From Paludibacteraceae bacterium (GTDB lineage Bacteria; Bacteroidota; Bacteroidia; Bacteroidales; Paludibacteraceae), in assembly GCA_017423085.1 (NCBI GenBank), contig JAFPGA010000183.1, positions 1-38,906 on the forward strand: a DNA stretch of 38,906 bases, read 5' to 3'. The translations under genes were made by a program, and so were the position numbers. Under the pieces are notes generated by a model. It was not told the DNA's origin, did not search any database, and was given only the letters and a program-made list of their open reading frames with translations. The stretch's first letter is position 1, and every line of letters begins with the position of its first letter. Positions 26,808 through 37,225 of this stretch are shown piece after piece.

Positions 26808-28101
26808 GCAAATCCTCCTCGTTCAGTTGCGGGGTGATATATGCTTTCCCATGTCGGTGCACAAACGCCGGTTTTCCGATTAGCGCTTGCTCCCAATGCC
26901 ATAAATCATACTGTGTATAGCGATCCGTAGCTGTGCGCACCACGACAGCATCGTCATCATAGAAGAAACGGTATAACGACGGGGCCTGGAACGAGCCGTC
27001 GAACACAACCGGCAGCCCTTGAGCAGCCGAGTGAATCGTTTCGTAGTACGGTTGTTTGTTCGCCAAGCCTGTTTGTGCCGGCAGTACATTACACATCAGC
27101 ACCACCCGTGCCACAATGAGTAATCCTACGCAAATACCCAGACTGATCCGCAGCCAGCGACGCCATAGCGTCTCTTCTTCTGTCAACAGTATAATCGCCG
27201 GAATACTCGATGCTATGGTCCAATGCGGTTCCACATGCCCTCGGACTGTCATGAGCAGGAAAAACAGCTGCATACCGATGACGGTCATACTCAACGAATG
27301 TTTGAATGCGTCGCTGCTTCGCCCCTGACGAACAGCCACCCACAACATCAGTGCCCACACAATAGGATTGAAGACCGCCCATTGGTTAGGAACGAACTCC
27401 AATGTGTAGAGTGGTTGATACCCCGTAGCACGGGACACCAGATGATACGTGAAAGAGGGGAAACCGTTGCTATACTGCCACCACAGATGCGGCAGCATCA
27501 ACAGGGCTGCTATCCCGACCGCCGCCCATGCCTTGCCGTCTCGCAGCAGACGCATATTGCCCAACAGCGTAAAAATAATAACCAGCACCGCGATGTACTT
27601 GCTATACAGCATCCCTGCCATACTCAACCCCAACAAAACGGTCATCGTCCAACTACCTTCGTCCAAGTAACGCCTGTAAGCATAGTAGAACAGCGCTGCG
27701 AAGAACAGCAACGGAGCGTCCGGTGTTGTCATGAACCCATAGACACAGAACATCGGCATCGATGCCGCCACCAATATAAATTTGAGATTTAAGATTTGAG
27801 ATTTGAAATTATCCCCAATCGTTTTCCATATAACATACACCGTTGCCATATGCATCAAAACGGTGACAAGCCTGACACTCAGATTTTTGAGTATCAGACT
27901 TGTTCCATGTACCACAGACGCACTCAGTGCTGTCATCAGTCCTACCATCGGCGGGTGGTCAAAGTATCCCCAATCAAGGAACTGACCGTACAAGCGATAA
28001 TAGGCTTCATCCGCATGTATCTCGCAAAACATCGCGCACAACAAATCCAGCATTCCCCATATGAGGAGCCATATCCATATGCGCTTGTTGTTCTGCACCA
28101 T
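26800..28101 (-). CDS. ArnT/PMT-like glycosyltransferase family 39/83 (polyprenyl-phosphate-sugar dependent, periplasmic-face transferase)
   Basis: The product is 433 aa and polytopic. It has the DEAYY motif in the first loop (EIHADEAYYRLYGQ...FDHPPM) that is typical of this superfamily. Confidence 0.8.
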   Translation of the reverse strand: MVQNNKRIWIWLLIWGMLDLLCAMFCEIHADEAYYRLYGQFLDWGYFDHPPMVGLMTALSASVVHGTSLILKNLSVRLVTVLMHMATVYVIWKTIGDNFKSQILNLKFILVAASMPMFCVYGFMTTPDAPLLFFAALFYYAYRRYLDEGSWTMTVLLGLSMAGMLYSKYIAVLVIIFTLLGNMRLLRDGKAWAAVGIAALLMLPHLWWQYSNGFPSFTYHLVSRATGYQPLYTLEFVPNQWAVFNPIVWALMLWVAVRQGRSSDAFKHSLSMTVIGMQLFFLLMTVRGHVEPHWTIASSIPAIILLTEEETLWRRWLRISLGICVGLLIVARVVLMCNVLPAQTGLANKQPYYETIHSAAQGLPVVFDGSFQAPSLYRFFYDDDAVVVRTATDRYTQYDLWHWEQALIGKPAFVHRHGKAYITPQLNEEDLRE

Positions 28102-28113
28102 TATTGATTTGTG

Positions 28114-29277
28114 TTAGCAACCGAACAGGTTCTGAAAGAAACTCTTCTTATTCGCGGCACCCGGCGCTATGTTCGGACTGTTCTGCAACTGCTCAATCAG
28201 TTTGCGCTCGTCCTTGCTCAGTTTCTCCGGGATATACACGCCCACGTTGATGAGCAGATCCCCTTCGCCATAGCGGCGTCCATATTGGTCGATACGCGGC
28301 AGACCTTTGCCCCGCATACGCAGCACCTTGCCCGGTTGCGTACCCGGCGTGATGGTTATCTTCACATCGCCGGATAGGGTTGGAATCTGCACTTGTCCGC
28401 CGAGAACGGCTGTCGGCATGTCCAGCAGCAGGTTATAAATAAGATCGCTGCCCTGACGCACGAAATCTTTGTGTTCTTCCTCTTCTATCATCACCAGCAG
28501 GTCACCCGGCACACCGCCACGCGGAGCCGCATTACCCTTGCCCGGAACAGTCAGTTGCATTCCGCCCGATACGCCGGCAGGGATCGTAACGGTGATCACA
28601 TCCTCTTCGCGCACGACGCCTTGACCGCCACATTTGGGACACTTGTTTTTGATGACACGTCCTTCGCCGTTACAGGTGCTGCACTCGGTCTGCACTTGCA
28701 TCATACCGAATATACCGCGCTGCTGGCGCGTCACGCGACCCGTACCGTGACAAGTCGGACAGGTCTCGGTCGTACCATCGGCGCTTCCCATACCGTGACA
28801 GTCCTTGCACTCGATTAAACGGCGCACTTTGAGTTTCTTCTCGCAGCCCGTCGCTATCTCTTCGAGTGTCAGACTGACACGTCCGCGCAGGTCACTGCCA
28901 CGAGGTACACGCGGTCCGCGACTGCGACTGCCCCCCATGAACATGTTGCCTATGTCGCCCAGGTCAAAACCGGCGCCTTCGAAGATGTCGCCGAAATGCG
29001 TGAAGATATCTTCCATTGACATACCGCCTCCGCTGAATCCACCGGCACCCTGCATACCTGCCATACCGAACTGGTCGTAACGCTGACGTTTCTGCGGGTC
29101 AGACAACACCTCATACGCCTCGGCTGCCTCTTTGAATTTCTCCTCGGCTTCCTTGTCGCCCGGGTTCTTGTCAGGGTGGTACTGTATCGCTTTCTTGCGG
29201 TACGCTTTTTTTATCTCCTCTGCGCTCGCGGTCTTCTCCACCCCAAGCACTTCATAATAATCACGTTTCTCTGCCAT
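28114..29277 (-). CDS. dnaJ: Molecular chaperone DnaJ
   Basis: J-domain DYYEVLGV...YHPDKNP, a G/F-rich linker, and four CxxCxGxG zinc motifs ([32 protein letters not shown]). Confidence 0.95.
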   Translation of the reverse strand: MAEKRDYYEVLGVEKTASAEEIKKAYRKKAIQYHPDKNPGDKEAEEKFKEAAEAYEVLSDPQKRQRYDQFGMAGMQGAGGFSGGGMSMEDIFTHFGDIFEGAGFDLGDIGNMFMGGSRSRGPRVPRGSDLRGRVSLTLEEIATGCEKKLKVRRLIECKDCHGMGSADGTTETCPTCHGTGRVTRQQRGIFGMMQVQTECSTCNGEGRVIKNKCPKCGGQGVVREEDVITVTIPAGVSGGMQLTVPGKGNAAPRGGVPGDLLVMIEEEEHKDFVRQGSDLIYNLLLDMPTAVLGGQVQIPTLSGDVKITITPGTQPGKVLRMRGKGLPRIDQYGRRYGEGDLLINVGVYIPEKLSKDERKLIEQLQNSPNIAPGAANKKSFFQNLFGC

Positions 29278-29304
29278 AGTTGTGTAATGTTTATGGTTTA
29301 ATGT

Positions 29305-29871
29305 TTATTCTCCTACTACAACTTTGGCGAAGCGTATGACCTTATCGCCGAGTTTATAGCCTTTTTGGGTACAGTCAATCACTTTGCCTTTGTTCTCTTC
29401 TCCGGCGGCGAAGGTGGTCACAGCTTCGTGCTCGTCGGTATTGAAGTCCGCACCTTCGGTCTCGATGGCATGTACGTCCTGTTTGTCGAGGAACGCAATG
29501 AACTTCTGCTGAATCAGCCGAATACCTTCGCGTACGGACTCAATATCGTCAGTTTTAGCCATCGCTTCGGAAGCACGCTCAAAATCGTCCACCAGCGGCA
29601 GCATCTCCTTGAAGATACGCTCGCCCGCAGTAGCCATGAGGTCCAGTTTCTCCTTGTTCGTACGGCGACGGTAGTTGTCAAACTCCGCCATCATACGCAG
29701 GTTCTTGTCCTCCAACTCCGCGATGCGCTCCTTCAGTGCCTCGGTCTCATCTACAGGCCCTTCCGTTTCCGGAGTTTCTTCGTTCTCATCATTACGAACC
29801 GCAGGTTCCTCATTGAGCACTTCCTCTGCACTCATTTCTTCATTTTCTATCTCAATCTCTTTCTTACTCAT
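29305..29871 (-). CDS. grpE: Nucleotide exchange factor GrpE
   Basis: An acidic N-terminus, FDNYRRRTNKE, LPLVDDFERA and GYKLGDKVIRFAKVVV. It lies immediately upstream of dnaJ. Confidence 0.95.
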   Translation of the reverse strand: MSKKEIEIENEEMSAEEVLNEEPAVRNDENEETPETEGPVDETEALKERIAELEDKNLRMMAEFDNYRRRTNKEKLDLMATAGERIFKEMLPLVDDFERASEAMAKTDDIESVREGIRLIQQKFIAFLDKQDVHAIETEGADFNTDEHEAVTTFAAGEENKGKVIDCTQKGYKLGDKVIRFAKVVVGE

Positions 29872-29942
29872 AATTACATAGTTTTACACTTTAACCTCGT
29901 CAAATAGTATGCCAAAGGCATGATTACTGCCATTTTGGCAGA

Positions 29943-30959
29943 TTAGAATATACTCTGCTGTCCATCCGCAGAAAGGGGAGTCTTGCCCAGATGCTGATAT
30001 GCCAGCAGGGTCGCTTCGCGACCGCGAGGGGTACGTTTGATGAATCCCTCTTTGATGAGGTACGGTTCATACACATCCTCTATCGTACCGGCATCCTCGC
30101 CCATCGCGGTAGCAATCGTGTTCAGACCCACCGGTCCGCCGCGGAACTTGTCAATGATAGTCAGCAGCAGCTTGTTGTCTATCTGGTCGAGACCGAAAGT
30201 GTCTATGTTGAGTGCCTCCAGCGCATACTTGGCGATTTCCAAATCGATAGTGCCATCCCCTTTCACTTGCGCGAAGTCACGCACACGGCGCAGCAGCGCA
30301 TTGGCGATACGGGGCGTACCACGACTGCGACGGGCTATTTCGCCGGCCGCTTTTTCGTTGATCTCCACACCTAAGAGGCGCGCCGAACGCTTCACGATGC
30401 CGGCTAAAATATCTGCATCGTAGTACTCCAGGTGGCAGTTGATGCCAAAACGGGCACGGAGCGGGCTGGTCAGCAGCCCCGAACGGGTGGTTGCACCAAT
30501 GAGGGTAAAATGGTTCAGGTCAATCTGTATCGTGCGGGCAGACGGACCTTTATCAATCATGATATCAATCCGATAGTCCTCCATCGCCGAATAGAGGTAC
30601 TCCTCCACGATTGGACTCAAACGGTGTATCTCGTCGATGAACAGCACGTCGTTCGGCTCCAGGGAAGTGAGCAGACCTGCCAAGTCACCGGGTTTGTCCA
30701 ACACCGGACCGCTGGTCACTTTGAATCCTACGCCTAACTCATTGGCGATGATGTTACTCAGCGTTGTCTTTCCGAGTCCCGGAGGACCGAACAGCAACAC
30801 ATGGTCCAGGCTCTCGTGGCGCATCTTAGCGGCTTCCACGAAGATCTTGAGGTTGGAGGTCACCTTGCTCTGTCCCGCAAAGTCCGCAAAGCACAAAGGA
30901 CGCAAGGCATTGTCCTGCTCCTTCTCACTCATCTGCTGTCTTATATCAAATTCTGCCAT
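29943..30959 (-). CDS. ruvB: Holliday junction branch migration DNA helicase RuvB
   Basis: [12 protein letters not shown], Walker [42 protein letters not shown]. Confidence 0.95.
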   Translation of the reverse strand: MAEFDIRQQMSEKEQDNALRPLCFADFAGQSKVTSNLKIFVEAAKMRHESLDHVLLFGPPGLGKTTLSNIIANELGVGFKVTSGPVLDKPGDLAGLLTSLEPNDVLFIDEIHRLSPIVEEYLYSAMEDYRIDIMIDKGPSARTIQIDLNHFTLIGATTRSGLLTSPLRARFGINCHLEYYDADILAGIVKRSARLLGVEINEKAAGEIARRSRGTPRIANALLRRVRDFAQVKGDGTIDLEIAKYALEALNIDTFGLDQIDNKLLLTIIDKFRGGPVGLNTIATAMGEDAGTIEDVYEPYLIKEGFIKRTPRGREATLLAYQHLGKTPLSADGQQSIF

Positions 30960-30983
30960 AATTTGTCGTTTGTAAATAGTCCA

Positions 30984-31634
30984 TTATTTGGTTGCCTCCC
31001 GGAACAGTGTTTCCAGATCGGCTATCTTGTCAATAGGTTGGTCCGTTTTGATGACACCGTGGTCAAGGATGACGACACGGTCGCACATTTCACGCACTTC
31101 CTGCATGATATGGGTGGACAAGATAACGGTCCGCTCTTTGCCCAAATCGCGTATCAGCGCACGTATCTCAACGAGTTGGTTCGGGTCGAGACCGGTAGTC
31201 GGTTCATCGAGGATCAGCAGTTGCGGGTCGCCCAACAAGGCTTGTGCCAAGCCGACACGCTGACGATAACCTTTGCTCAGTTCACGAATATGCTTATGCC
31301 GCTCAGGTATGAGCCCCACTCGCTCGATGAGTGTCTGAACACTTACAGCTGAATGCTGAATGCCTGTCATCTGTGCCATAAAGCGCAGATACTCCACCAC
31401 GTACATCTCTTCGTACAGCGGATTGTTCTCCGGCAGATACCCTATCCGCTCGGGCACACTCACCGAACCCTTGTCCGCGGACCACAGCCCGATAAGGATC
31501 TTCATCAGTGTCGATTTGCCGGCTCCGTTAGGACCCAACAAACCCAACACCTGCCCTTCCGGTATATCCAGCGTCACGTCACGCAACACCTGCTGCTTAC
31601 CGAAAGCTTTGCTGATATGATCAATGTGTATCAT
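30984..31634 (-). CDS. ABC transporter ATP-binding protein (ABC-2/GldA-like signature), with no cognate permease adjacent
   Basis: Walker A GPNGAGKST. The signature is LSKGYRQRVGLAQAL (SKGYRQR in place of SGGQ, as in GldA-type ATPases). Walker B is LILDEPTTGLD. The product is 216 aa. Confidence 0.8.
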   Translation of the reverse strand: MIHIDHISKAFGKQQVLRDVTLDIPEGQVLGLLGPNGAGKSTLMKILIGLWSADKGSVSVPERIGYLPENNPLYEEMYVVEYLRFMAQMTGIQHSAVSVQTLIERVGLIPERHKHIRELSKGYRQRVGLAQALLGDPQLLILDEPTTGLDPNQLVEIRALIRDLGKERTVILSTHIMQEVREMCDRVVILDHGVIKTDQPIDKIADLETLFREATK

Positions 31635-31654
31635 TGCGTTCTATATACAGGTTC

Positions 31655-32764
31655 TTACTTCTTCTTGTCCGGTTTCTGCTCAATGGCATTACCCCGAACG
31701 ATCTGTCCCTCCGTCAGTCCGGAGGTAATCTCAATATAGATACCGTCCGACATACCGGTCTCCACCAGCACCTTGTTCACCTCTTTGCCCGTCGAGTCAG
31801 CAGCCAGCAGCACATAGGTGCTATCCGGTGTGATATGCACTGCCGCTTCGTCCAGCGTCAGCACTTGCGTGCGGCTGTCAAGAATGATCTGCGCATTGGC
31901 GCTGTAGCCGGAGCGAATGAAGACCGAGTCCGGTATCCGGGCAGCACCTTTGATTTCGAACTTCATCGTTCCGTTGGATTCGGTACCCTTGGGCGATATA
32001 TACTCCAGCACAGCATCAAATCGCTGGTCATTGAGTGCACCGATAATGAGTTCCATTCGCATTCCTTCATGCAGTTTGCCCACTTCGGTCTCGTCTATCT
32101 GTCCAACAAAGAGCATATCGCTCATATCGGCTACCGAGGCGATGGTCGTACCATCGTTGAGGGTATTGGCTTTGATGACCGAGTTACCCACTTTGACCGG
32201 CACGTCCAGAATCGTTCCGGCTACCGTAGAGCGAACGATGGTGTTTCCCTTGTCACCGGATGAAGCCACACCTTCTTTGACAATGGACAGGTTGTCCTTG
32301 GCAGACTGCAGTTCTTCCTGCGCCTTCACTAGATTGAGGAACGAGTTGTCGTAGTCTTCCTGCGAAATGACATTGGAGGCAAAGAGCACCGAGTCACGCC
32401 GAAAGACCTGCTGCAGGTTCTTGAGGCTATGTTCCGCCACTCGCAGACGCGACTCCGCAGTCGTGACAGCTTCCATCTCCGGCACTACTTTGATGCGGGC
32501 GATCGGTTCACCCACCTGCACCGTCTGACCGGGCTCTTTGTACAGTTCGGCGATGATACCGCTGATCTGTGCCTTGATAGCTACTTCATCGCGCGGTTCT
32601 ACCTTACCGGTAACGATGGTCTGTTTCTCCAGATTGCGTTTCTCAACCCGCAAACTCTCGTACTGAACGGGAGCAGGTTGTTGCCGCTTCCAAAGGAAGA
32701 AGAACGTTCCCAGGACACCTACGACCAACAGGCCGACAAAAATCCATTTGAATGCTTTTTTCAT
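31655..32764 (-). CDS. Efflux transporter periplasmic adaptor subunit (MacA/HlyD family)
   Basis: It has an N-terminal membrane anchor, lipoyl-like GKVEPRDEVAIKAQISGII..V.VGEPIARI, a coiled-coil segment and beta-barrel domains. Confidence 0.85.
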   Translation of the reverse strand: MKKAFKWIFVGLLVVGVLGTFFFLWKRQQPAPVQYESLRVEKRNLEKQTIVTGKVEPRDEVAIKAQISGIIAELYKEPGQTVQVGEPIARIKVVPEMEAVTTAESRLRVAEHSLKNLQQVFRRDSVLFASNVISQEDYDNSFLNLVKAQEELQSAKDNLSIVKEGVASSGDKGNTIVRSTVAGTILDVPVKVGNSVIKANTLNDGTTIASVADMSDMLFVGQIDETEVGKLHEGMRMELIIGALNDQRFDAVLEYISPKGTESNGTMKFEIKGAARIPDSVFIRSGYSANAQIILDSRTQVLTLDEAAVHITPDSTYVLLAADSTGKEVNKVLVETGMSDGIYIEITSGLTEGQIVRGNAIEQKPDKKK

Positions 32765-32776
32765 ATTGTTGTATTT

Positions 32777-34006
32777 TTATTCTTCGTTCAATGCTTCTAT
32801 CGGTTTTATTTTCAAGGCACGGAGAGCCGGCATCAAACCTGCCAGCGCGCCTACCAGGATGATGACCACCAGACTGATGATGGCGATATTGAGTGACACT
32901 TGTATGTTACCAACTTCGATCTCCATCTGCGCCAGAACACGCTCTGCGATATCAAGCACAATGACTCCGGTCATGATACCCATCACACCCGCCATAGCGG
33001 TCAGTGTGACGCTCTCTGCCAATATCTGACGTGCGATGAGCCAAGGCGAGGCACCGATTGCACGGCGGACACCTATCTCTTTGGTGCGTTCGCGCACAGT
33101 GACAAGCATGATGTTACTTACCCCCACCGCGCCGGAGATGAGCGTACCTAGTCCGATCAGCCATATGAGTGCATAGATACCCATCGTAATGATATTAAGC
33201 ACCTTAAAGATGGACGACATATCGAAGTATCCGACTGCTTTCTTGTCATCCGGCGCTATCTGATGCCTCTGTTTGAGGACCGTTGCCACCTGCTCAAGGG
33301 TCTGTTCCGCCGGCACATCGTGTCGGGAAACGATATGCATATAATGAATCTCATCTCCTTTCTGCAACATACGCTGCAGGGTAGTCAAGGGCATATGTAC
33401 CTGTTCGTTCGCCGAACTGGTTGCATCGGACGTGGCTTCTTTGAGCACACCGACCACCTGCACATACATCGAACCGCACAGGATATATTGTCCGATGGGA
33501 TTTTCATCATTCGGAAAAATCACTTTGCGCACCTGCGAACCGATCACGCACACCTTGCGATTCTCCATTAGATCCATCTCACTGATGTCTCTTCCGAGTT
33601 CCACTTTGATATTCTCCGCCAGACGCAAGTCCGGTGTTATGCCCTCCACCGAATAATCGTGATGCAGCGCACCATGAGAAACGGTCATCGTACCTCCGGT
33701 AATGCAAGGAGCGATTGCCTCGACACTATTCACTTTCTCCCGAATAGCCTCTATATCCTCATTTCGGATATCCCAAGACCTGCCTATTTGAAAACCGGCA
33801 TAGGGCATGGATGTGGGCTGTGACCACATGATACCTGCATTAGAGCTGATTCCATCCGTCTCTTTCATAAACATATGTGTGAGGACATTTCCTCCACCCA
33901 ACAGTACAATCAACATCAGCATGCCCCAGAACACGCCGAACGCTGTTAGGAAAGAACGGGAACGGTTCTTGCTAATCGTTTGCCATATTTCCAAAAAGAA
34001 ATCCAC
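32777..34006 (-). CDS. ABC transporter permease (MacB/FtsX-like)
   Basis: The product is 409 aa with the topology TM1, large periplasmic domain, then 3 TM helices. It has the FtsX-type motif VRERTKEIGVRRAIGA. The apparent start is GTG, and its final G is shared with the TAG stop of the upstream permease gene. Confidence 0.85.
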   Translation of the reverse strand: MDFFLEIWQTISKNRSRSFLTAFGVFWGMLMLIVLLGGGNVLTHMFMKETDGISSNAGIMWSQPTSMPYAGFQIGRSWDIRNEDIEAIREKVNSVEAIAPCITGGTMTVSHGALHHDYSVEGITPDLRLAENIKVELGRDISEMDLMENRKVCVIGSQVRKVIFPNDENPIGQYILCGSMYVQVVGVLKEATSDATSSANEQVHMPLTTLQRMLQKGDEIHYMHIVSRHDVPAEQTLEQVATVLKQRHQIAPDDKKAVGYFDMSSIFKVLNIITMGIYALIWLIGLGTLISGAVGVSNIMLVTVRERTKEIGVRRAIGASPWLIARQILAESVTLTAMAGVMGIMTGVIVLDIAERVLAQMEIEVGNIQVSLNIAIISLVVIILVGALAGLMPALRALKIKPIEALNEE

Positions 34007-35226
34007 TATTTCTCGTAATTCAATGCTTCAATCGGTTTAATACGCATGGATCGGATAGCGGGGGTCAATCCCGCCAAACTGCCTGCCACGACCAAGGTGA
34101 CAAAGGCGATGATGATCATGGACACATCCACGGAGGGGTTCTTAAAGAACATGCTTTCGGGCACAAGAGCGTCAATCAACGCCACCACCAATGCCCCCAT
34201 GTACACGCCTATGAATCCGAAAAGGAGTGTGATGATCATACTCTCTCCCAAGACCATGAGCAAGATGGTACGCGGTGGGGCACCTATCGCTTTACGGATA
34301 CCGAACTCCTTGGTTCGTTCGCGCACCGACACAAGCATGATATTGCTTACGCCCACGACACCGGACACAAGCATCAGCCAACCTATGATCAGGATAAACA
34401 GCTGGATACCATGGATGATTTTAGACATCCATGCGTTTCCTTTCTTGTCATTTGACACATATAGTGCGTTCTCATCTTCCTCGTCAAAAAGCATGGACGG
34501 GGACAACAAGTGGCGCAGGCTCTTCTCCAAATCATCCGGTGTATGATTGCTATAATACTCCTCCTTGACCGAGAATACGACTTGGTCGTATAGGTGATCA
34601 GGTGAGAAAAGGGCATCATAGGTGCTAAGCGGGATAAAGACCCGACCGGAACGGGCGAACGGTCCGCTGTTCTTTTCGCTCACACCGACCACCAAACAGT
34701 TAATACCTTTGATTTGGATGGTTTTTCCGACTAAGTCTTTGCCGCCCAACTCGTTCAAGATTGCCTCGTCCACCACGCACACCTTGCGTTTCTGCGCCAG
34801 GTCTATCTCGTTAATGAATCGTCCTTTGAGAATGGTCACCCCGAAAGCACGACCGTAATTCGCCTCCACACCGTTTATGTAACCGATAGTATAGCCTTCC
34901 TCACTCACGTTTCCCATCGAGCCAGAGATAGCGGAGAAGTTTTCTACAAACGGTAAAGAACGAAGGGTGAGCAAATCACGCTCGGAGAAATGGATGTCCC
35001 GGTCCGCCCGCAAGCCCTTATACGGTTTGGTCGCCCATCCGGCATAAATATCCACCTTGTTCTTCATCTCACCCTCTACTTCGGAGCGCATCGCGTGCTC
35101 CAGCCCGCTGCTGGCACCGAGGAGCACAATCAGCATGAAGATACCCCATGCGACAGCAAATCCCGTCATAGCCGTGCGAAAACGGTTACGACTGAGCGAT
35201 GACCATATTTCCGAGAGGATGTTCAA
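34006..35226 (-). CDS. ABC transporter permease (MacB/FtsX-like), paralogue of the downstream permease
   Basis: The product is 406 aa with the same architecture as its paralogue, including VRERTKEFGIRKAIGA. Confidence 0.85.
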   Translation of the reverse strand: MNILSEIWSSLSRNRFRTAMTGFAVAWGIFMLIVLLGASSGLEHAMRSEVEGEMKNKVDIYAGWATKPYKGLRADRDIHFSERDLLTLRSLPFVENFSAISGSMGNVSEEGYTIGYINGVEANYGRAFGVTILKGRFINEIDLAQKRKVCVVDEAILNELGGKDLVGKTIQIKGINCLVVGVSEKNSGPFARSGRVFIPLSTYDALFSPDHLYDQVVFSVKEEYYSNHTPDDLEKSLRHLLSPSMLFDEEDENALYVSNDKKGNAWMSKIIHGIQLFILIIGWLMLVSGVVGVSNIMLVSVRERTKEFGIRKAIGAPPRTILLMVLGESMIITLLFGFIGVYMGALVVALIDALVPESMFFKNPSVDVSMIIIAFVTLVVAGSLAGLTPAIRSMRIKPIEALNYEK

Positions 35227-35259
35227 AGGATCTATGATTTATGGTTTCAAATTTCAAAT

Positions 35260-35922
35260 TTAGACAATAAGTCCGTCTTTGATATGAATAATACGCTGGG
35301 TGGCATCGGCAACGCTCTGCTCGTGCGTGACGATGATGGTGGTGATGCCGTCTGCGTTCAGTTGTTTGAAGATATCCATGACCTCGAGCGTTGTCTTGGA
35401 ATCCAATGCGCCGGTCGGCTCATCGGCCAGCAGAATCTTCGGCTGTGAGACGATGGCACGCGCCAGTGCCACACGCTGTTTCTGTCCGCCGGACATCTCG
35501 CTGGGCAAATGGTCCGCCCATGCGCCGAGGCCCATGCGCTCCAACTGTTCCATGGCACGTATGTTACGCTCCTTTCGCCCTACTCCTTTGTAGTACAGCG
35601 GCAGCGCTACATTCTCCAACGCGGTCTTGTAATTGAGCAGATTGAACGACTGGAAAACAAAACCGATCAGTTCATTACGCAGTTTGGCGGCTTGCGTCTC
35701 GCTCAAGTTACGAATCAGCCTGTCTGCCAAGTAATACTCGCCTTGGTCGTAGTTATCCAGGATACCGAGGATATTAAGCAGCGTACTCTTGCCGCTACCG
35801 GAGGCACCCATGATACTGACCAGTTCGCCGTCCGCGATCTCCAGATCGATGCCTTTGAGGACGTGCAACTCGTTCGGCTTCCCGATGTTGTATGATTTAT
35901 GTATATTGTGCAACGTGATCAT
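35260..35922 (-). CDS. ABC transporter ATP-binding protein (MacB-ATPase/LolD-like)
   Basis: GASGSGKSTLLNILG, MSGGQKQRVALARA, LLADEPTGALD. It overlaps the tolC-like gene by 4 nt. Confidence 0.9.
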   Translation of the reverse strand: MITLHNIHKSYNIGKPNELHVLKGIDLEIADGELVSIMGASGSGKSTLLNILGILDNYDQGEYYLADRLIRNLSETQAAKLRNELIGFVFQSFNLLNYKTALENVALPLYYKGVGRKERNIRAMEQLERMGLGAWADHLPSEMSGGQKQRVALARAIVSQPKILLADEPTGALDSKTTLEVMDIFKQLNADGITTIIVTHEQSVADATQRIIHIKDGLIV

Positions 35923-37217
35923 AAGCCCATGTAGTATTCAAGTATGCGCACTTTAAACAGATAGTTATACCGTGCTTGCAGTTGCTCCGACACGGCTTGC
36001 AAGTGGTTTTGCTTGGCTTGGCTGTACTCATACATCGTGCCCCGCCCTGCATCGTATTTTTCCGAGGCATAACGCGCTGCTTCTGCGGTAGAACGCTCTG
36101 CTTGCTGCGCCGCCATCTTTTCAGATTGTGCCGCCAATGCATTATAGTACGCCTGGTCTATCTCCTTGCGGATTGATTTCTTCTGCTGCTCCAGTTTCAG
36201 GCGGGCATTCTCAATCGCCACCAACTGCCGTTTCACCTGCGTGGGTGTCTGCATGCGATTATAAATAGGTATAGACAGCGAGACGGACACACTAGTCATA
36301 AGGTTATCTGCCAACTGTCTGCCGAAAGCAGTATTGTCCGCACCTATCTGATGGAAATAACCGGTGGACACGCCGGCTTGCGCACTCAGTTGTGGCGAGT
36401 ACGCCGCTTTCTGCCCTTTCAGAGCCGTCTGCTCGGCCTGTAGCGAGTACTCCGCTTCCCGTATCTCCGGACGGTGCGTCAATGCCGTTTGCCACACTTG
36501 GTCGCGCTCCGGCAAAAGAGGCCCCTCCAGTTCCTCCTCCGAAGGAACGATGATATCGAAATCCTCTTCATACGGTATATCCATAGCTTGCGTAAGATTC
36601 AACAGTGCAATACGCAGGTCGTTTTTCTTCTGCAGCAGTTGGTATTGTTCCTTGCTATACTGCGACTGAATCTCATATAACTCTCCCTCCGGCAAGCGAT
36701 GTGCTTGCACCTTAGCACGGATACGTTCTATCTGTTGTTCTGTTTCGTTGAGCTGCGCCTGTGCCACTACCACCAGTTCTTTCTTTAGCAGCACATCGAG
36801 GTACATTGAGGTGATATTCAATGCCAAGTTACGCCGTACGGCTTCCATATTCGCCTCACTGGCGAGCACGGAGGCTTTTGCCTCTTCGATATTGAATTTC
36901 ATTGCTAATCCGTCAAACAGGACAATACTGGCATTCACACCCATATTCGTGTTCGCGATGTTCTGCGCACGAATAATATTATCCACACCGGTACTGCGCC
37001 CGAAGCTCAATGACTCATTCAAAAAGCCGCTGATGTTAGGGGTAAGGTTATACCACGCCTGACGATACAACAGTTGCTTCTGCTGATTGTTCAACTGCTC
37101 CATTCGCAAGTCGATACTATTGGCATACGCTGTATCTATACATTGAGACAATGTATATACCTTCGCCCATCCGGCTACGGGCATAAAAAGAATCAAAAAA
37201 CAGAGTATTTTTTTCAT
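35919..37217 (-). CDS. TolC-family outer-membrane efflux protein
   Basis: Signal peptide MKKILCFLILFMPVAGWA. It has two repeated alpha/beta halves with long heptad-like helices. I prefer ATG 37217 over 37268 because the promoter -7 box (37226-37233) lies inside the longer ORF. Confidence 0.8.
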   Translation of the reverse strand: MKKILCFLILFMPVAGWAKVYTLSQCIDTAYANSIDLRMEQLNNQQKQLLYRQAWYNLTPNISGFLNESLSFGRSTGVDNIIRAQNIANTNMGVNASIVLFDGLAMKFNIEEAKASVLASEANMEAVRRNLALNITSMYLDVLLKKELVVVAQAQLNETEQQIERIRAKVQAHRLPEGELYEIQSQYSKEQYQLLQKKNDLRIALLNLTQAMDIPYEEDFDIIVPSEEELEGPLLPERDQVWQTALTHRPEIREAEYSLQAEQTALKGQKAAYSPQLSAQAGVSTGYFHQIGADNTAFGRQLADNLMTSVSVSLSIPIYNRMQTPTQVKRQLVAIENARLKLEQQKKSIRKEIDQAYYNALAAQSEKMAAQQAERSTAEAARYASEKYDAGRGTMYEYSQAKQNHLQAVSEQLQARYNYLFKVRILEYYMGL

Positions 37218-37225
37218 AACGGCTG

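Noticed and set aside
27781-27810. Short tandem repeat tttgagatttaagatttgagatttgaaatt
   Set aside because: It lies inside the GT39 coding frame (encoding ..NFKSQILNLKF..) and keeps the frame open. It is most simply coding low complexity. A weakly similar tttcaaatttcaaattt at 35245-35259 is too short to link to it.
29927-29941. Hairpin CTGCCA-TTT-TGGCAG right after the ruvB stop, considered as a terminator
   Set aside because: The stem is only 6 bp and no T-tract follows on the minus strand. grpE follows within about 70 nt, so it may be a weak attenuator or nothing. The evidence is not strong enough to annotate it.
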